A stretch of 64,000 nucleotides of DNA from Enoplolaimus lenunculus (lineage: Eukaryota), in contig JASANG010000641.1 of assembly GCA_030248215.1 (NCBI GenBank), forward strand, positions 62,001 through 126,000, given 5' to 3'. Shown here in pieces: positions 53,201-64,000 of this stretch. A model generated the notes under the pieces. The model worked only from the letters and a program-made list of their open reading frames with translations. It searched no databases and was not told where the DNA came from. Each line of letters begins with the position of its first letter. Position 1 is the stretch's first letter. Both the position numbers and the translations under genes were made by a program.

Positions 53201-54195
53201 TTGTCACTAGTTGGTGATAAGCTGTAACTTTTAAACAAAAAAATTTATCGCTTTTTTGGATGAAACTTAGTCTTTTACCGTGTTGAATTTCAGTTTCCGA
53301 TTCTCAGTCAATTGGATGGTTTAAGGACTTTAACTGATGATAGTGTTGCATATAGTTGTGAATCCAAACTTTGGTCAGAAATGGTTTTTTAAATTGCAAA
53401 TTTAATAGATCCTTGTATTAGTCAGATGGTTGCGGTATGATAGTGATGAGCAAGTAGCGTCGGTTTATGATTATTTCTAAACTAACACATACGTATTAAA
53501 ACCTCATGTAAAAATGCAAGATGCATGTTAATTTTCGGTCTGCGTTGTTTCAGTCCAAGCTGGTTGTATCTGACTGGAATTTGTGGTGATCTTCTGCTAG
53601 ATTGACATGTTTGAAAAGGTGTACTTTTTTCCGTTAACTTATTGTTGTACTTTATCTTTGTTTTAGGATTACGCAGTGGTTTGGATTTGTACAAACATGC
53701 CCCGATGTTAAAGACATCGAGAACGGATTAAGAAAACAATCGTTGTATATGTAAGCTAACACGGTCATTGACAGAAATAAATGCGTTTTCTTATTGCTCG
53801 ATACTCGTCTGTTACTATCTATAAATTGAAATGTTGGACAATATTTCGCTGTTTTGCGACGTGGTATCTTATTTACATCAGATTTTCATTGAACATTTAC
53901 TATCCGGATCGGATATTTTGACAACCCCTGGCTCGTTGCTTGATTTAGCTGAATTACATGCGACGGTCACAAAAGTGTATGATAGTTGCCATAAGTTGCA
54001 TTCAGGATCACATATACTCGTTTGTTCTTTACAACGATGAAAAAATCAAAAAGCTTCAACAGTGTTGTGTTTTTAACGAAGCTAACGAACGTAGAAAAAT
54101 TGAGTTTGAATCAAACGAATAGTCGTTTAAAGCGTAATTTTGTAAGTGTAAAATGACAATTTATATTATTATTATTATTACTATTATTATTATTA

Positions 54196-54230
<35 letters not shown>

Positions 54231-55812
54231 TATTTGTTTGTTTATTTGTTTGTTTGTTTATGTGTCGTTTTTAGTTATTGTGGTCACGGTAGCGGGTCAC
54301 GCTACTTCGGTGGATCGTACAGTTACATAGAGCAAATGCCCATAATTCGATCGTCGTGGCTCATGGGATGTTCCACTGCAAAGCTGTCCGCTTCTGGCGA
54401 CTCCCGATGTGACCCGATTGGACCTAATTTACTGTATTTGGCTTTGGGTTGGTAAGCACACTGTGTGTTTAATAATTTTAACCCATGTCGATTATAGGGA
54501 CCTACCTAGAGGTAGACAGGGATGGGAGTCTTGGTCTCGTCAAGTTTAGGTATTAGGCAGGTCTCGTTTTTTCGAGTCTCAGTTGTTTAGAACCGGGACC
54601 AGAAGTCGATGATTCAGTCGATGTATGGTTGTATTGTTAAAGTAAGTGATGTCTGTTATACAATTTCGCTGTGAATCTATGAATTTTCATAGGTACGACA
54701 TATGTGCAGATATTCTGAAAAAGACGAAGACTATGAAAGACGCAAAAAAACTGTTTTGAAAATTTTAATTTTTTCCGGTGATTACGAAAAATTGACCAAG
54801 ACCGAGACTTTTTATACACGGTCTCTGTAGTCAGGTCTCGGTTTTTAACCGAGACCACCTATCGCTGCTGGTAGACACATAGGCTTGGGAACGTAGAGAT
54901 TGCGAATCTTATGTTCATGTTTATCTGACACGCTCAGGATTAGTATAGTGGATTGGCTGTATAACATCGGCCAGTTAAATCAAGTGACTGCTTCAATTTG
55001 TTAAGTTTAATCGTTGCGTTCGATTATGAAAGTGTAACTTCGATACCCCGTATTAGTTGAGGCAGGGGCGAATTTGTCAAAAGTTTAATAATATGCTAAT
55101 AACCATAGGCTTCAGTGATCAGCAAATCACATTGTTCGTCAGTGCAAATTATTTCGGACACCACCTTTTGTAGAACTCCCGAAAAATGAAGCGCACTGTA
55201 AACGCAAGACCCCGTGAAATTTTACGCATGTGGTGTAGACTGCACATAGGTTTCTAGATAAATAGTGTCACACTGCGCGGCATGAGACTGATACCCGATA
55301 GGTTTGGGATGTGTCTTATTATACGTACATTTTTGGTTCGACAAAACTTTCTTGTATCTGCGTTTATTTGGCTGAACTGTATCCACTAAATGTTTTTCTC
55401 CCTTTTCTTTTGCATTATCGTCTTTTTACTATCATCGCCATTAATTTTAAGCCCTTCGTTTGTGGGAAATTTGTGGAACATTGGCAACAAAGACCTCGAT
55501 CGGTTAACGGAAGCATTGATTCGCATGTTTCTTCGAAAACAACCTCAAATTACAAACTCAAATAGCTCAAGTGAAAGTCACCCAACTTCAACCAAGAAAA
55601 TAAATTCAAACATTGCTGGAAAGCAAATTTCTTTTGATAAATCTGCAACGCCGTCGATGAAACCTGTTGAGTATCTGGATTTGCCTTCAACTGTGATTGA
55701 ACGTGAGCTGTCACGTGCTGTCGCCGCAGCGAAACAACATACTGTTCTGCAGTATGTGAATGCTGCGGCAACTGTCGTTTTTGGATTGCCTGTTTGTGTA
55801 AAGTCTCAGTAG
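41279..55812 (+). CDS. sep-1: Separase (peptidase C50), about 22 exons and roughly 1650 aa. Confident exons: 48821-50093, 50948-51108, 51520-51651, 52178-52342, 52553-52732, 52905-53159, 53668-53750, 54275-54451, 55452-55812. 5' exons from 41279 are tentative.
   Basis: Spliced C-terminal exons reconstruct the C50 motifs in order: RCSFWTKRYE, RGHLMLILDR..QLPWEAMP..VCRIP, FYVVDP, LYIYCGHGSG (catalytic His codon 54285), WLMGCS (catalytic Cys codon 54369), GCPSFVGNLW..KDLDRL, AAATVVFGLP. Upstream exons encode helical sequence with compatible phases. The start codon is inferred. Confidence 0.93.
43427..44150 (-). mobile_element. 5'-truncated non-LTR retrotransposon (LINE 3' end: post-RT region plus Cys/His-type C-terminus) in a separase intron
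   Basis: Translation QKETLLVTYKAIGRSVLNYGAPIWS...RAITG...HLHLETSMLPVKEH and LAQLRAGYSRILNNYL..CPLC..DTMRLFNCPANPT..LWTKP; short (CAA)n 3' tail; perfect 15-bp TSD CGGAATTTAAATAAT at 43412-43426 and 44151-44165; frameshifted internally. Confidence 0.93.
54517..54867. mobile_element. hAT-like MITE with GGTCTCG/CGAGACC subterminal repeats in the last separase intron
   Basis: Ends CAGGGATGGG / CCTATCGCTG, repeated GGTCTCG motifs, degenerate flanking duplication (GAGGTAGA / CTGGTAGA). Confidence 0.55.
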
Positions 55813-58529
55813 TATGAAAAAGACTATTAGATTAATCGCTTTCCTTTACGTAAGCGTCAGAATTACCTCGGATTTTTACTATGCTGTGGAAGATTTAGAT
55901 ACGCATTTTCGTCTTTTCTTTTGGTTTCTGCTCGAGACCTACGATTCTATGGTTCGTTGACGTGAACCGACAGCCGAGTAAGGAGTCCTGTCGAAAATAA
56001 AACAATTATTTTTAACGTATTTCGCGTTTTGAGGTCTGTATGTGGAGAAATGCTAAAATGAATCGCTTGCGCATCAAAACGCTATGTAAACGCTTTTTAG
56101 CGTTTATTAAAATGGCTGTTTTCTAAACACGAAAAGCGTTTTATGTTTTAACACGACTTTTAGTACGATGTAATACAATTTTTGCTTTTTGTAAAAGCTA
56201 TTGATTGCGTCAAAGGTTCTGATGAGTACAGCATACGAACCTTGAACTTATATTCCAAGTTAAAGTTGTAGAGGTTTCAGACATACAAAATAATTTTACT
56301 AGGATATAAAAACTAATAGTAAATAAATGATTCCAGATAAGCAAAACTAGAATGGCGTTATAACTGAAAACCTAGAACGTTTCCGTTGCCAAGTTTCTTT
56401 TGTAGAGTTGCAAAGTCTCCAAATTATTTCATTGAAATGTTGATTCGGCTGCGATTCTTGAAATTTTAAAATTTTATTGTGTGTCCGGGAATAAAATGTA
56501 ACATCGATTTATATCGAGAACGGAATCATATCTGTGTGCACTCTGATTTTTAAATGATTTCGGTTGCTTTTTCATTTATAATTGCATATTTTATCCAGTT
56601 TCCTGCGTATTACAAATAAAACAAGTGTGAAGAGATTTTATATATTCCTACTGAGTATGTAGCCTATCAATGTACACCGCCTTTAAAGTTGTAATACACA
56701 TCCGGTGATGCTGTATATACGTATGTTGCCGAAATTTGCCTCTTGTGTGCCAGAATTGTTACAGGGGTTGTTTGCAGTAGGCATTGAAAACGTTATAATG
56801 TTGCCTCTGGCTCTAATTGTTTTTTGAAAAAATTTAAACGTTCAAAATATCTTGTCAGTTGTTTTTTGTTTTTTCACACGGTTTTGTGTCGTTTCGGCTT
56901 TCAAATGCCTTTGATTTGCAATACCTACAGTTCGTACAATACACAGTACCTTTTGCAGAGGGTAAATCTGTACGCAACCGGCTATTGAATGTTTATTGTG
57001 TAGAGCGCTAGTGTTTTTTCAGGTCAATGGTTAATGTACTTTTGCAAGTCGTGTTAAAAGGAAATAGCAGTTTAACACTGAAATTAATTCGCGTCGATTC
57101 AGTACCTTTGCTATAACTGGATTGCCTAAGGACTAGATTTATAGCTGGCATCCACTTTAAGCAGCGTATAAATTTGAATATGCTGCTATTTGAAGCCAGA
57201 AAAATTCACATCGAGTCAATACATTTGCTACCAACAGGATTAAGGACGTTATATATAATTTTTCTAAAGTGCAAAATTGGCATTCAGTTATAACTAGTAA
57301 TTTAGTTCCCTCCATAAACGAAAACTACTCCCTCCCCCGCCACACATAAAACTTTTTCTTTTGTTCGGTTGGCAGTGAGGCTGACGTTTTACCTGATCAC
57401 AAGTTTTAGGGACCCCAAGCATGTTGAGGGAGTTTCGCCCTAAACCCAATCGTCACATAAAGCAATTTTTGCAAACTAAATTTCAAATAAAATAACTTTC
57501 TTACTGGTGGGACGGTGCAGTATGAGACCCGTTGCATGCTACGTTCGATACTGCATTTAGAATTGTAAAACTGAAAATTACCCTCCACATTTTAGTTGTT
57601 ATGGGAACATACAAAAGTTTCTTTTTATGGCCAATGTAAAGAACGAGGGCGGAACAGTATTAATATATATGTAAGCTTATTCCTAAACTTAACCCTAAGC
57701 CTATTAAGCGTAAGAATGAGTTTATTCCTAAGCCTATAAGACAAGCAAAAAAATTAGTCTAAAAGCTTAAGGTTATTCTATTCTACTCTCACAGAAAAAC
57801 GTTCCGCCCCTGATCTTTACATGGGCCCTTTTCTCAACAGCGGGCACCGGAAGATTTCCGTCCACACATCGTTTCCAACCGGTAGACCACGTTATGTTTT
57901 CTTGACTGTTCTAAACCATGGTTTTCAGAATGAATAACTTGTGGATGTTTTTGTCAAAGTGTTTCGAAATTTTTAGGTGGTTGGTTGCCCACCGTTTGGC
58001 CACATGGTTTTGTATAATGTCGCAAAATATTTTCAAAAATTTAATGTTGATGTCTTTAACCCTTTCGAAGAAAAATTTGTCAGCTCATTAACCATCCGCT
58101 ATTAATCGTAGTGTGTTTAGAGGGCGTTCCAGATCAGGAGCGTTAATGATAAAATATGTCTAAATTTATACTAGGGTTAAATTAAAACTTTACATGTTTT
58201 GTATCAATTATAGGTCACCGGATTTCCGGATATGAAAAATATCCGGATATGTATCCGAAAACAAATGTCTATCCGGATATCTCAAATGGTATTGTTTATC
58301 CATTAAAAAGTAGCTGGAACTGACGAAAAGAAATTGTGTATTCAAACCTGTGTTAAAATATTACACCACATTCCTGCATAATTCCATGATGATTTAAAAT
58401 TTTGATTTCGTAAAAGAAGCCAAAATTATAAAAACATGTCAAGTCGCTTCGTGGGATTACCTACAAATTTATTGGATAGCATTTTAAATTGTATCGCTCT
58501 TTATTTAATAAGACGCGAAGCCTAACTAA

Positions 58530-58848
58530 CAGGGTGCAACCGGAGATTTGCTTCCGGCTCCGGCAAAAAATTGGCATCCGGCTCCGGTAGAATTTTTGCC
58601 GGAGGTTGCAGCAATTTCGTTAGTAAAATTTTCCGTAATTTTGCAAAATATATCTGTTCAGCGCGTTTCATTTTACTTTTGTCACAACTTTCAAAAAGAA
58701 TTTCCGAAATTTCGCTGAAAATAGTGTAAATCCAAAAAAGTAACAACATTACAGATATCGGCTAAAATTAATTAATTACCCATCATTTTTACTACATAAT
58801 TTCGCCTCACCTCCGGCTCCGGTATTTTTCACTTCCGGTTGCACCCTG
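58530..58848. mobile_element. CAGGGTG-terminal MITE with CCGG(A/C)-rich subterminal repeats; end fragments near 13264, 29362 and 45179
   Basis: TIR CAGGGTGCAACCGGA / TCCGGTTGCACCCTG. Confidence 0.75.
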
Positions 58849-60085
58849 CTAAACTGTGTATGATGTTAAATAGTAGAAGGCTAGCTGGCAAATCTGGCAA
58901 TCTGTAAAGGGCACATTTGAAGTTCCCATGACGTAAAACTCATGAGCTCATAACTTTGATTTGAAACCCCGCACGCTAAGTGATTTGTTTTCATACACAA
59001 AAACAGTTCAAAAGTACGTTATCGGAGATTCTAGCTGTTTGAATAATGAACAGCTTTAGTGTGGACCCCATCCTGCTTAGTGTCCTTTCAAAATGCGGAA
59101 GGCTGAAGAAAGACACAGCCTGAAACCTGCCCTGATAGAAAAACAAGCAAAAAATTTTTCAAAAAGTTGGGTTGTTAGTGAAAAAGTTTGTTCCTACATT
59201 TGTGCCGTGAAATAGTAAATTCGGTGCGCTAAACCAGTCATCAAACGCAAAAAATGACACAGTTCAATTGAGCGCGTCGCTTCGCACAGTAATATACATG
59301 GAAAAAATAAAGATTTCTGAACTGTTTTGTCAGTCAGGAGACGTCAAAAACAAGTGCTGAAGAAACGAAAAGTAAGGTTTGGAAACCCAAAAAACGCAAA
59401 ATCGACTTTCAGATATCGGAAATAGAAAATTTAATTTCAGATATCCAGATAAATATCCGGCAAGAACGCTCAAAATAATATTTCTGATATTTACGAAAAA
59501 ATTTCTTACATTTGAGAAATATGATTAGCAAGGTGCACTTGAAAAGTATTTCTGTTATAATAGAAATGTTTTCAAAAAACGTTTTGAAATAAAGTCTGAA
59601 AATAAACGTTTTCCAGTTATCTTTAGAAAAATTGTCTTAAATAGCAGCAAAACTTTTCAGATTTGCCACAGAAGACACTTTTGTGAATAAATTCAGAAAT
59701 ACTTTTTTGTGTGAATTGCCGGATATTCGGATATGAAAAAATATCTGACGCCCATCACTGGTATAAATTCCCACTATTAATTTGTTGGCGTAAAACAGAA
59801 ATTCATGGTAATGATACAACGATTTTATTGCAGCAAATACAGTATTTGAACTTTACAAGTCACGCTATAAGTCTATTCGAAAATTAGTCATCGTATGATT
59901 TATTGTTAAAATCCGATACCGGTGCCGGTTTCTCTGTTCCATTCAATGCCAGCTTTTAATTTATCTGCTATTAAACTTTTCAGCTTAAACTTACCAATTT
60001 TTACCTCATTCCAAAAACCAAGTTCCGTATTAGTGCTGTATCACAGTAACGTAGCGAGTGTCGGCTCCTGCCTCCTCGTACCACC

Positions 60086-63008
60086 ATGGAACGCAGCTAT
60101 ATCGACGCAGTTCATTCGGCGTTTGCATCGGCAGCAATGTCCACGTTGGCCGCAACTGCAACCGGTCATCGAGCGGCGGTCCCAGCGCCAAAACCCAAAG
60201 AACCACTGCCGACCTACGAAGATTTTGAGTCAAATTTAACGGTTGAATTTCGCCGCCGTCACGCACCTCAAACACAACTGGACGAAGTTGATCGAATGTT
60301 GGACGAAATTTACTCCGAGTACGGCATTGTTCGACGCGATAAACCCAAGCCGGAACCACGTTTTCCGGTTTATGAACCGAAATCTTCAGCGGAATATTTC
60401 GATACGATGCTGGCAAAACCGGAACGATTTTGTTTTGAACCGAAGTCGGCAAAAAATACATCTGGAGCGAGCAGCGAATCATGCGAAGATATGAGTCATA
60501 ATGCACCGATTCGAAATACACCATCAGTGCTGGAGGAGATGGAAGAAGACGATGAGGTGAGGCAAATCTAGTCAAGGCTTAAGCTTTACTCTATTGCAGC
60601 GTCGCGAAACAAAAACTGTCCGCTCTCATTGTACGGAACTCGAACAGCGTTTAAAACAGCATATTTTTACACGAAACCAATGCACGTTTTCACGTTTTGT
60701 GAAATTTGCTTCGAAAAAAATTTAAGTCACCCACGAGATGGCGTAGCACTCTCGTCTAAAGCTCATTTCCAGGTTTGAACGACTCACCTGCTGCAGAGTA
60801 CACAAGTTGTAACTGACAGAGACTATTTTTCGCATTTCTTGACAATATTTTGTTTTCCACCCGGTGTATATACGCCATTATAAATGAAAAACATATACCA
60901 TTTGCAACATTGAAGGGTGCAAAAAAATTTCCTGAAATATACAAGCTGGCCTCGAACACCGGGTTGGGTTGTATCAAGAGTGGATGATTACGCTATGATA
61001 AGAGTGTGTCACTGAGTATATTTTATGTAGAAACGAATATATATACCCAGCGCACGTTGCTGGTTCAAGTTGCGAGTTATACTCCCAATGGCCCATGTAT
61101 AGCACAGAGGCTTACTGTTTTCCAACATGGAAAACTTCTGACCAGGAGTGCAGTGCAGCTACGCCTGTATGATGGCTAGGAAGTAGGAACTCTGCTGGTT
61201 TGGTAGGAAAAATCACATGCAAAAGCTTGACCTGGAAAAGTGGACGTTCGGTAGGGAAAATCTGTAGTGTACAGTTTGCTTGGAAAACGATAAAAGTGGA
61301 ACATTTAAACGCTTAAATTATCCCGGGTTGGTACGGAAAGTCTGAAGCATAGGTTTTCTTTGGAAAACGGGAAAAGAAAAAATCTAAACCGTATAGGTTT
61401 TCCCTGCTGCGATCTGATGGGATAATGAGCAGGATGGGGGTGCCGCCCCTCCCTTCCCCCCACAATGAAAAACTTCCCCCGCCACAATTTTTCACTCTTA
61501 TTAAGACAAATTGGGAGAAAAATGCCGGAATTCAAGCACCTAGATATTCTCAGATTTTGTAGGTAGATTTGAGACGTAAAATTTGTTTGGAAAACGCAAA
61601 AATTACACAGAATTTTTCTGCCTAACCATGGAAGCCCTATAAGTTTTAAATTTTACACTTTTTAGGTTTTCCAAACAAAACTTACGCTTTAAAGTTTCCC
61701 TACCAATCAAGAAAAAATCTAGGCGTTTAAATTTTTCACTTTTCCCGTGCTCCAAGGAAAACTTACGCGTCAGATTTTCCCTACCTACTTAAACCACGGA
61801 AAGCCTATACGTTTTAAATTTTCCACTTTTCACCTTTTTCAAACAAAACCCATGCTTCAGTTTTTCCTACCAAACCATGTAAAAACAAGCGTTAAAATTT
61901 TCCACTTTTCCGGTTTTACGAACCGCGCCTACACCGCAAATTTATCCTACCAAACAAAAGGAATCATATACCAAGGCTTGAATTTTACACTTTTCCTGTT
62001 TCCTAATCGAACCACACATTCCAATTTTCCAGCCAGACCAACCAAACTGTTCCTTGCCTACCAGACCTAGAGAAAGCCTATACGTTTAACTTTTCTGCTT
62101 TTCCCATTTTTCAAAACTCGCATACACGTCCAACGTTCCCTACAAACCCAACGGAATCAGATACCTGCGCTTTAATTTTCACTTTTCCCGTTTTCCAAAC
62201 CGAACTACACATCCCAATTTTTCAAACAAAGCAACCAAACCATTCCTACCCTACCTGACGTAGCGAAAACCTATACGTTTCACTTTTTTACTTTTTCTGG
62301 TTTCCGAAATTCGTCCAAACCTCTAATAACTTTTGCTACCAAAATAGAGAATATTCAGGCGTCTAAATTTTTCACTTTTTCAGTTTTCCCTGTCAAACTT
62401 ATGCTTGCGATTTTTGCTACCAAACCAGCGGAATTCCTATTCACCTTGCAGGAGTGGCTGCGTTGCACTCCTGGTCATAAGTTTTCCACCTTGGAAAATT
62501 GGAAGCCCCTGAGCTATACATTGCCCGCGCAGCAATTAAGGGGATCGGGCAAAAATACAACGCGCGCTGGTACATTTTGTACCATGCAGAACCCCAGTAG
62601 TTACACACTCTTGTCTAAGAGTGATCATCCAATCTTAGTTGTATACTTCACCGAAATTAAATCCATCGCTACGGCTTGTAATTTTAGGACGCCTACAAAC
62701 CGCCAGGGCATCCGCTCGCCACCGGATCCAGGGTACTCGCCGGTATGTACCGATTGTCGCCAGAATACCGTCGTCGGCCGCCGTCAAACGAAACCGAAAC
62801 CATGCTCATCGACTATAGCAGTTTCCGAACGCACGAAGGCAAATTTAAACACAATCCGCATACGTGGTCACTCTACTCGCGTCCACATCTTGTGCATCCA
62901 CGCGATTCACGCTATTTGGGCAGTGATTTTGTGATTTTAAAACTTCGTGGACACGACGATTTCAATCGCCGTTGTGATCGGCTGCTTGGTTCTGCGAAAA
63001 GAATTTAA
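60086..63008 (+). CDS. Uncharacterised protein of about 263 aa; exons 60086-60556 and 62688-63008
   Basis: ATG in ACCACCATGG context. The GC-richer ORF ends at a phase-0 donor GAG|GTGAGG, which joins the phase-0 acceptor TTTTAG|GAC in frame with ORF 62745-63008. No domain recognised; extra exons cannot be excluded. Confidence 0.65.
60930..62689. mobile_element. Foldback-like element of about 1.76 kb with long imperfect inverted arms and internal 80-bp subrepeats, inside the intron of the 60086-63008 gene
   Basis: 61090-61225 is the reverse complement of 62400-62526. Weaker outer blocks also match at symmetric spacing (60976-61013 vs 62599-62636; 61047-61059 vs 62558-62570). Degenerate TTTTCCCTACCAAACC..AAGCCTATACGTTT subrepeats occur in opposite orientations on the two sides. 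Confidence 0.75.
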
Positions 63009-64000
63009 CTTTTTTTCCGTTTTTTCTCGTGTTTTTTGAGAATTTAGAAACTTTTTTGTGAAATTTTCGAATTTGTTTTAATTGTTTAATTATGTCTTTG
63101 AGAGTTGACCTTTCGATGAAACGGAATCATTTGTGCAATATTTTTAAACTGTTTGTATCGTATGTGTAAAGCATCTGCTGTCAAAATTGTATTCAAGTGC
63201 GCCATGCTATTTAAGCTTATAGGCCCTAGCAAACGAGCAATTTTGATTTTTTGACTCTATTTTTTGCTTAGGCTCAGGATTACATTTTTCAACGATTAGG
63301 CTGAGGCGTAAGAATGTAGTGACACGAATAAGAGGGTGTAATGAGTGGTTCCCATTTTGAAACTCAACAAATAGGAGTCTGTATCTAATACGAGTCCGTA
63401 AGCGGATAGAGTCTTTAAACCTTGATTAGAACCCATAAATGTCAATTGTCCCCAATTGTAGTGCATGAATCACTCCAGGCCCAAATAAAGTAGAGGTCGA
63501 AACTTTAAAGCATATGTTTAAGTTTTGAAAGTACATTCATGTTAGTATAACTCTGCATTATCGCTCAAACTTTTGATACAATGCAAACGTCTAAATTCAA
63601 CGGATAATTGCAGCACCTGACATATATCAGTAACAAACGGTAGCGAAGCGTGGATTAAAATAAATAACAGTCCGTAACCGAATGAAAGGGGTATTCTCAA
63701 GAAAGGCCAAATAAATATCAGTCCCGCCCTCTTTTATTCGTGTCACTACACGAATCACCAGTTATGGCCCTAAAAGTAACATTAACCAAAATATAACACG
63801 AATGTTTAAACATTTCGGCGCACAAAAATTTTCGATTTATTCTTCAAAGCTTCCGCCGTCCGGCGGGAGGTGTTTACTATTACTACGCAATTGCATAGGA
63901 GCTTAACGATCGAGCCGAGAATGATTTTCGCCGTTTGTGGAGACTGTGCACCCTACGGCGCATACTTGTAATAATTGTTAAACCCTCCACAATGTGTATT

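Noticed and set aside
56212..56246. Hammerhead ribozyme core (CTGATGA-GTA..TAC-GAA)
   Set aside because: It reads GAAC rather than GAAA, no stem I or III with an NUH site can be formed, and the flanks pair as a simple hairpin.
60030..60575. 181-aa antisense ORF, and similar shadow ORFs opposite the LRR, MFS and separase exons
   Set aside because: They overlap better-supported coding frames on the other strand and show no independent motifs or splice support.
60086..63008. Securin gene linked to separase
   Set aside because: No KEN box or recognisable securin separase-binding segment; proximity alone is not evidence.

Overview
AT-rich, intron-rich eukaryotic DNA, most likely from a nematode (inferred from abundant TTAGGC telomere-type hexamers and TTTCAG splice acceptors). 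Three genes are well supported: a 5-exon secreted, probably GPI-anchored leucine-rich-repeat protein (26155-33178, +); an intronless SLC22/OCT-like MFS transporter (35889-37943, -); and a roughly 22-exon separase (41279-55812, +). Two further genes of unknown family were assembled by hand: a multi-exon minus-strand gene (1643 to at least 5781) and a two-exon gene (60086-63008, +). The rest is dense with non-autonomous transposons: two MITE families carrying telomeric TTAGGC arrays, TA-flanked and hAT-like MITEs, a DINE-1/Helentron-like element, a foldback element and a 5'-truncated LINE with a perfect 15-bp TSD. The most notable observations are (1) a separase with an intact His/Cys dyad but Asn in place of the conserved P1-Arg-binding Asp, plus an ABBA-like motif in its disordered insert; (2) telomere-repeat-carrying MITEs at high density; and (3) an intron largely filled by an inverted repeat that runs into its own 3' splice site. 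All gene models and alignments were made by eye; no database searches were run.
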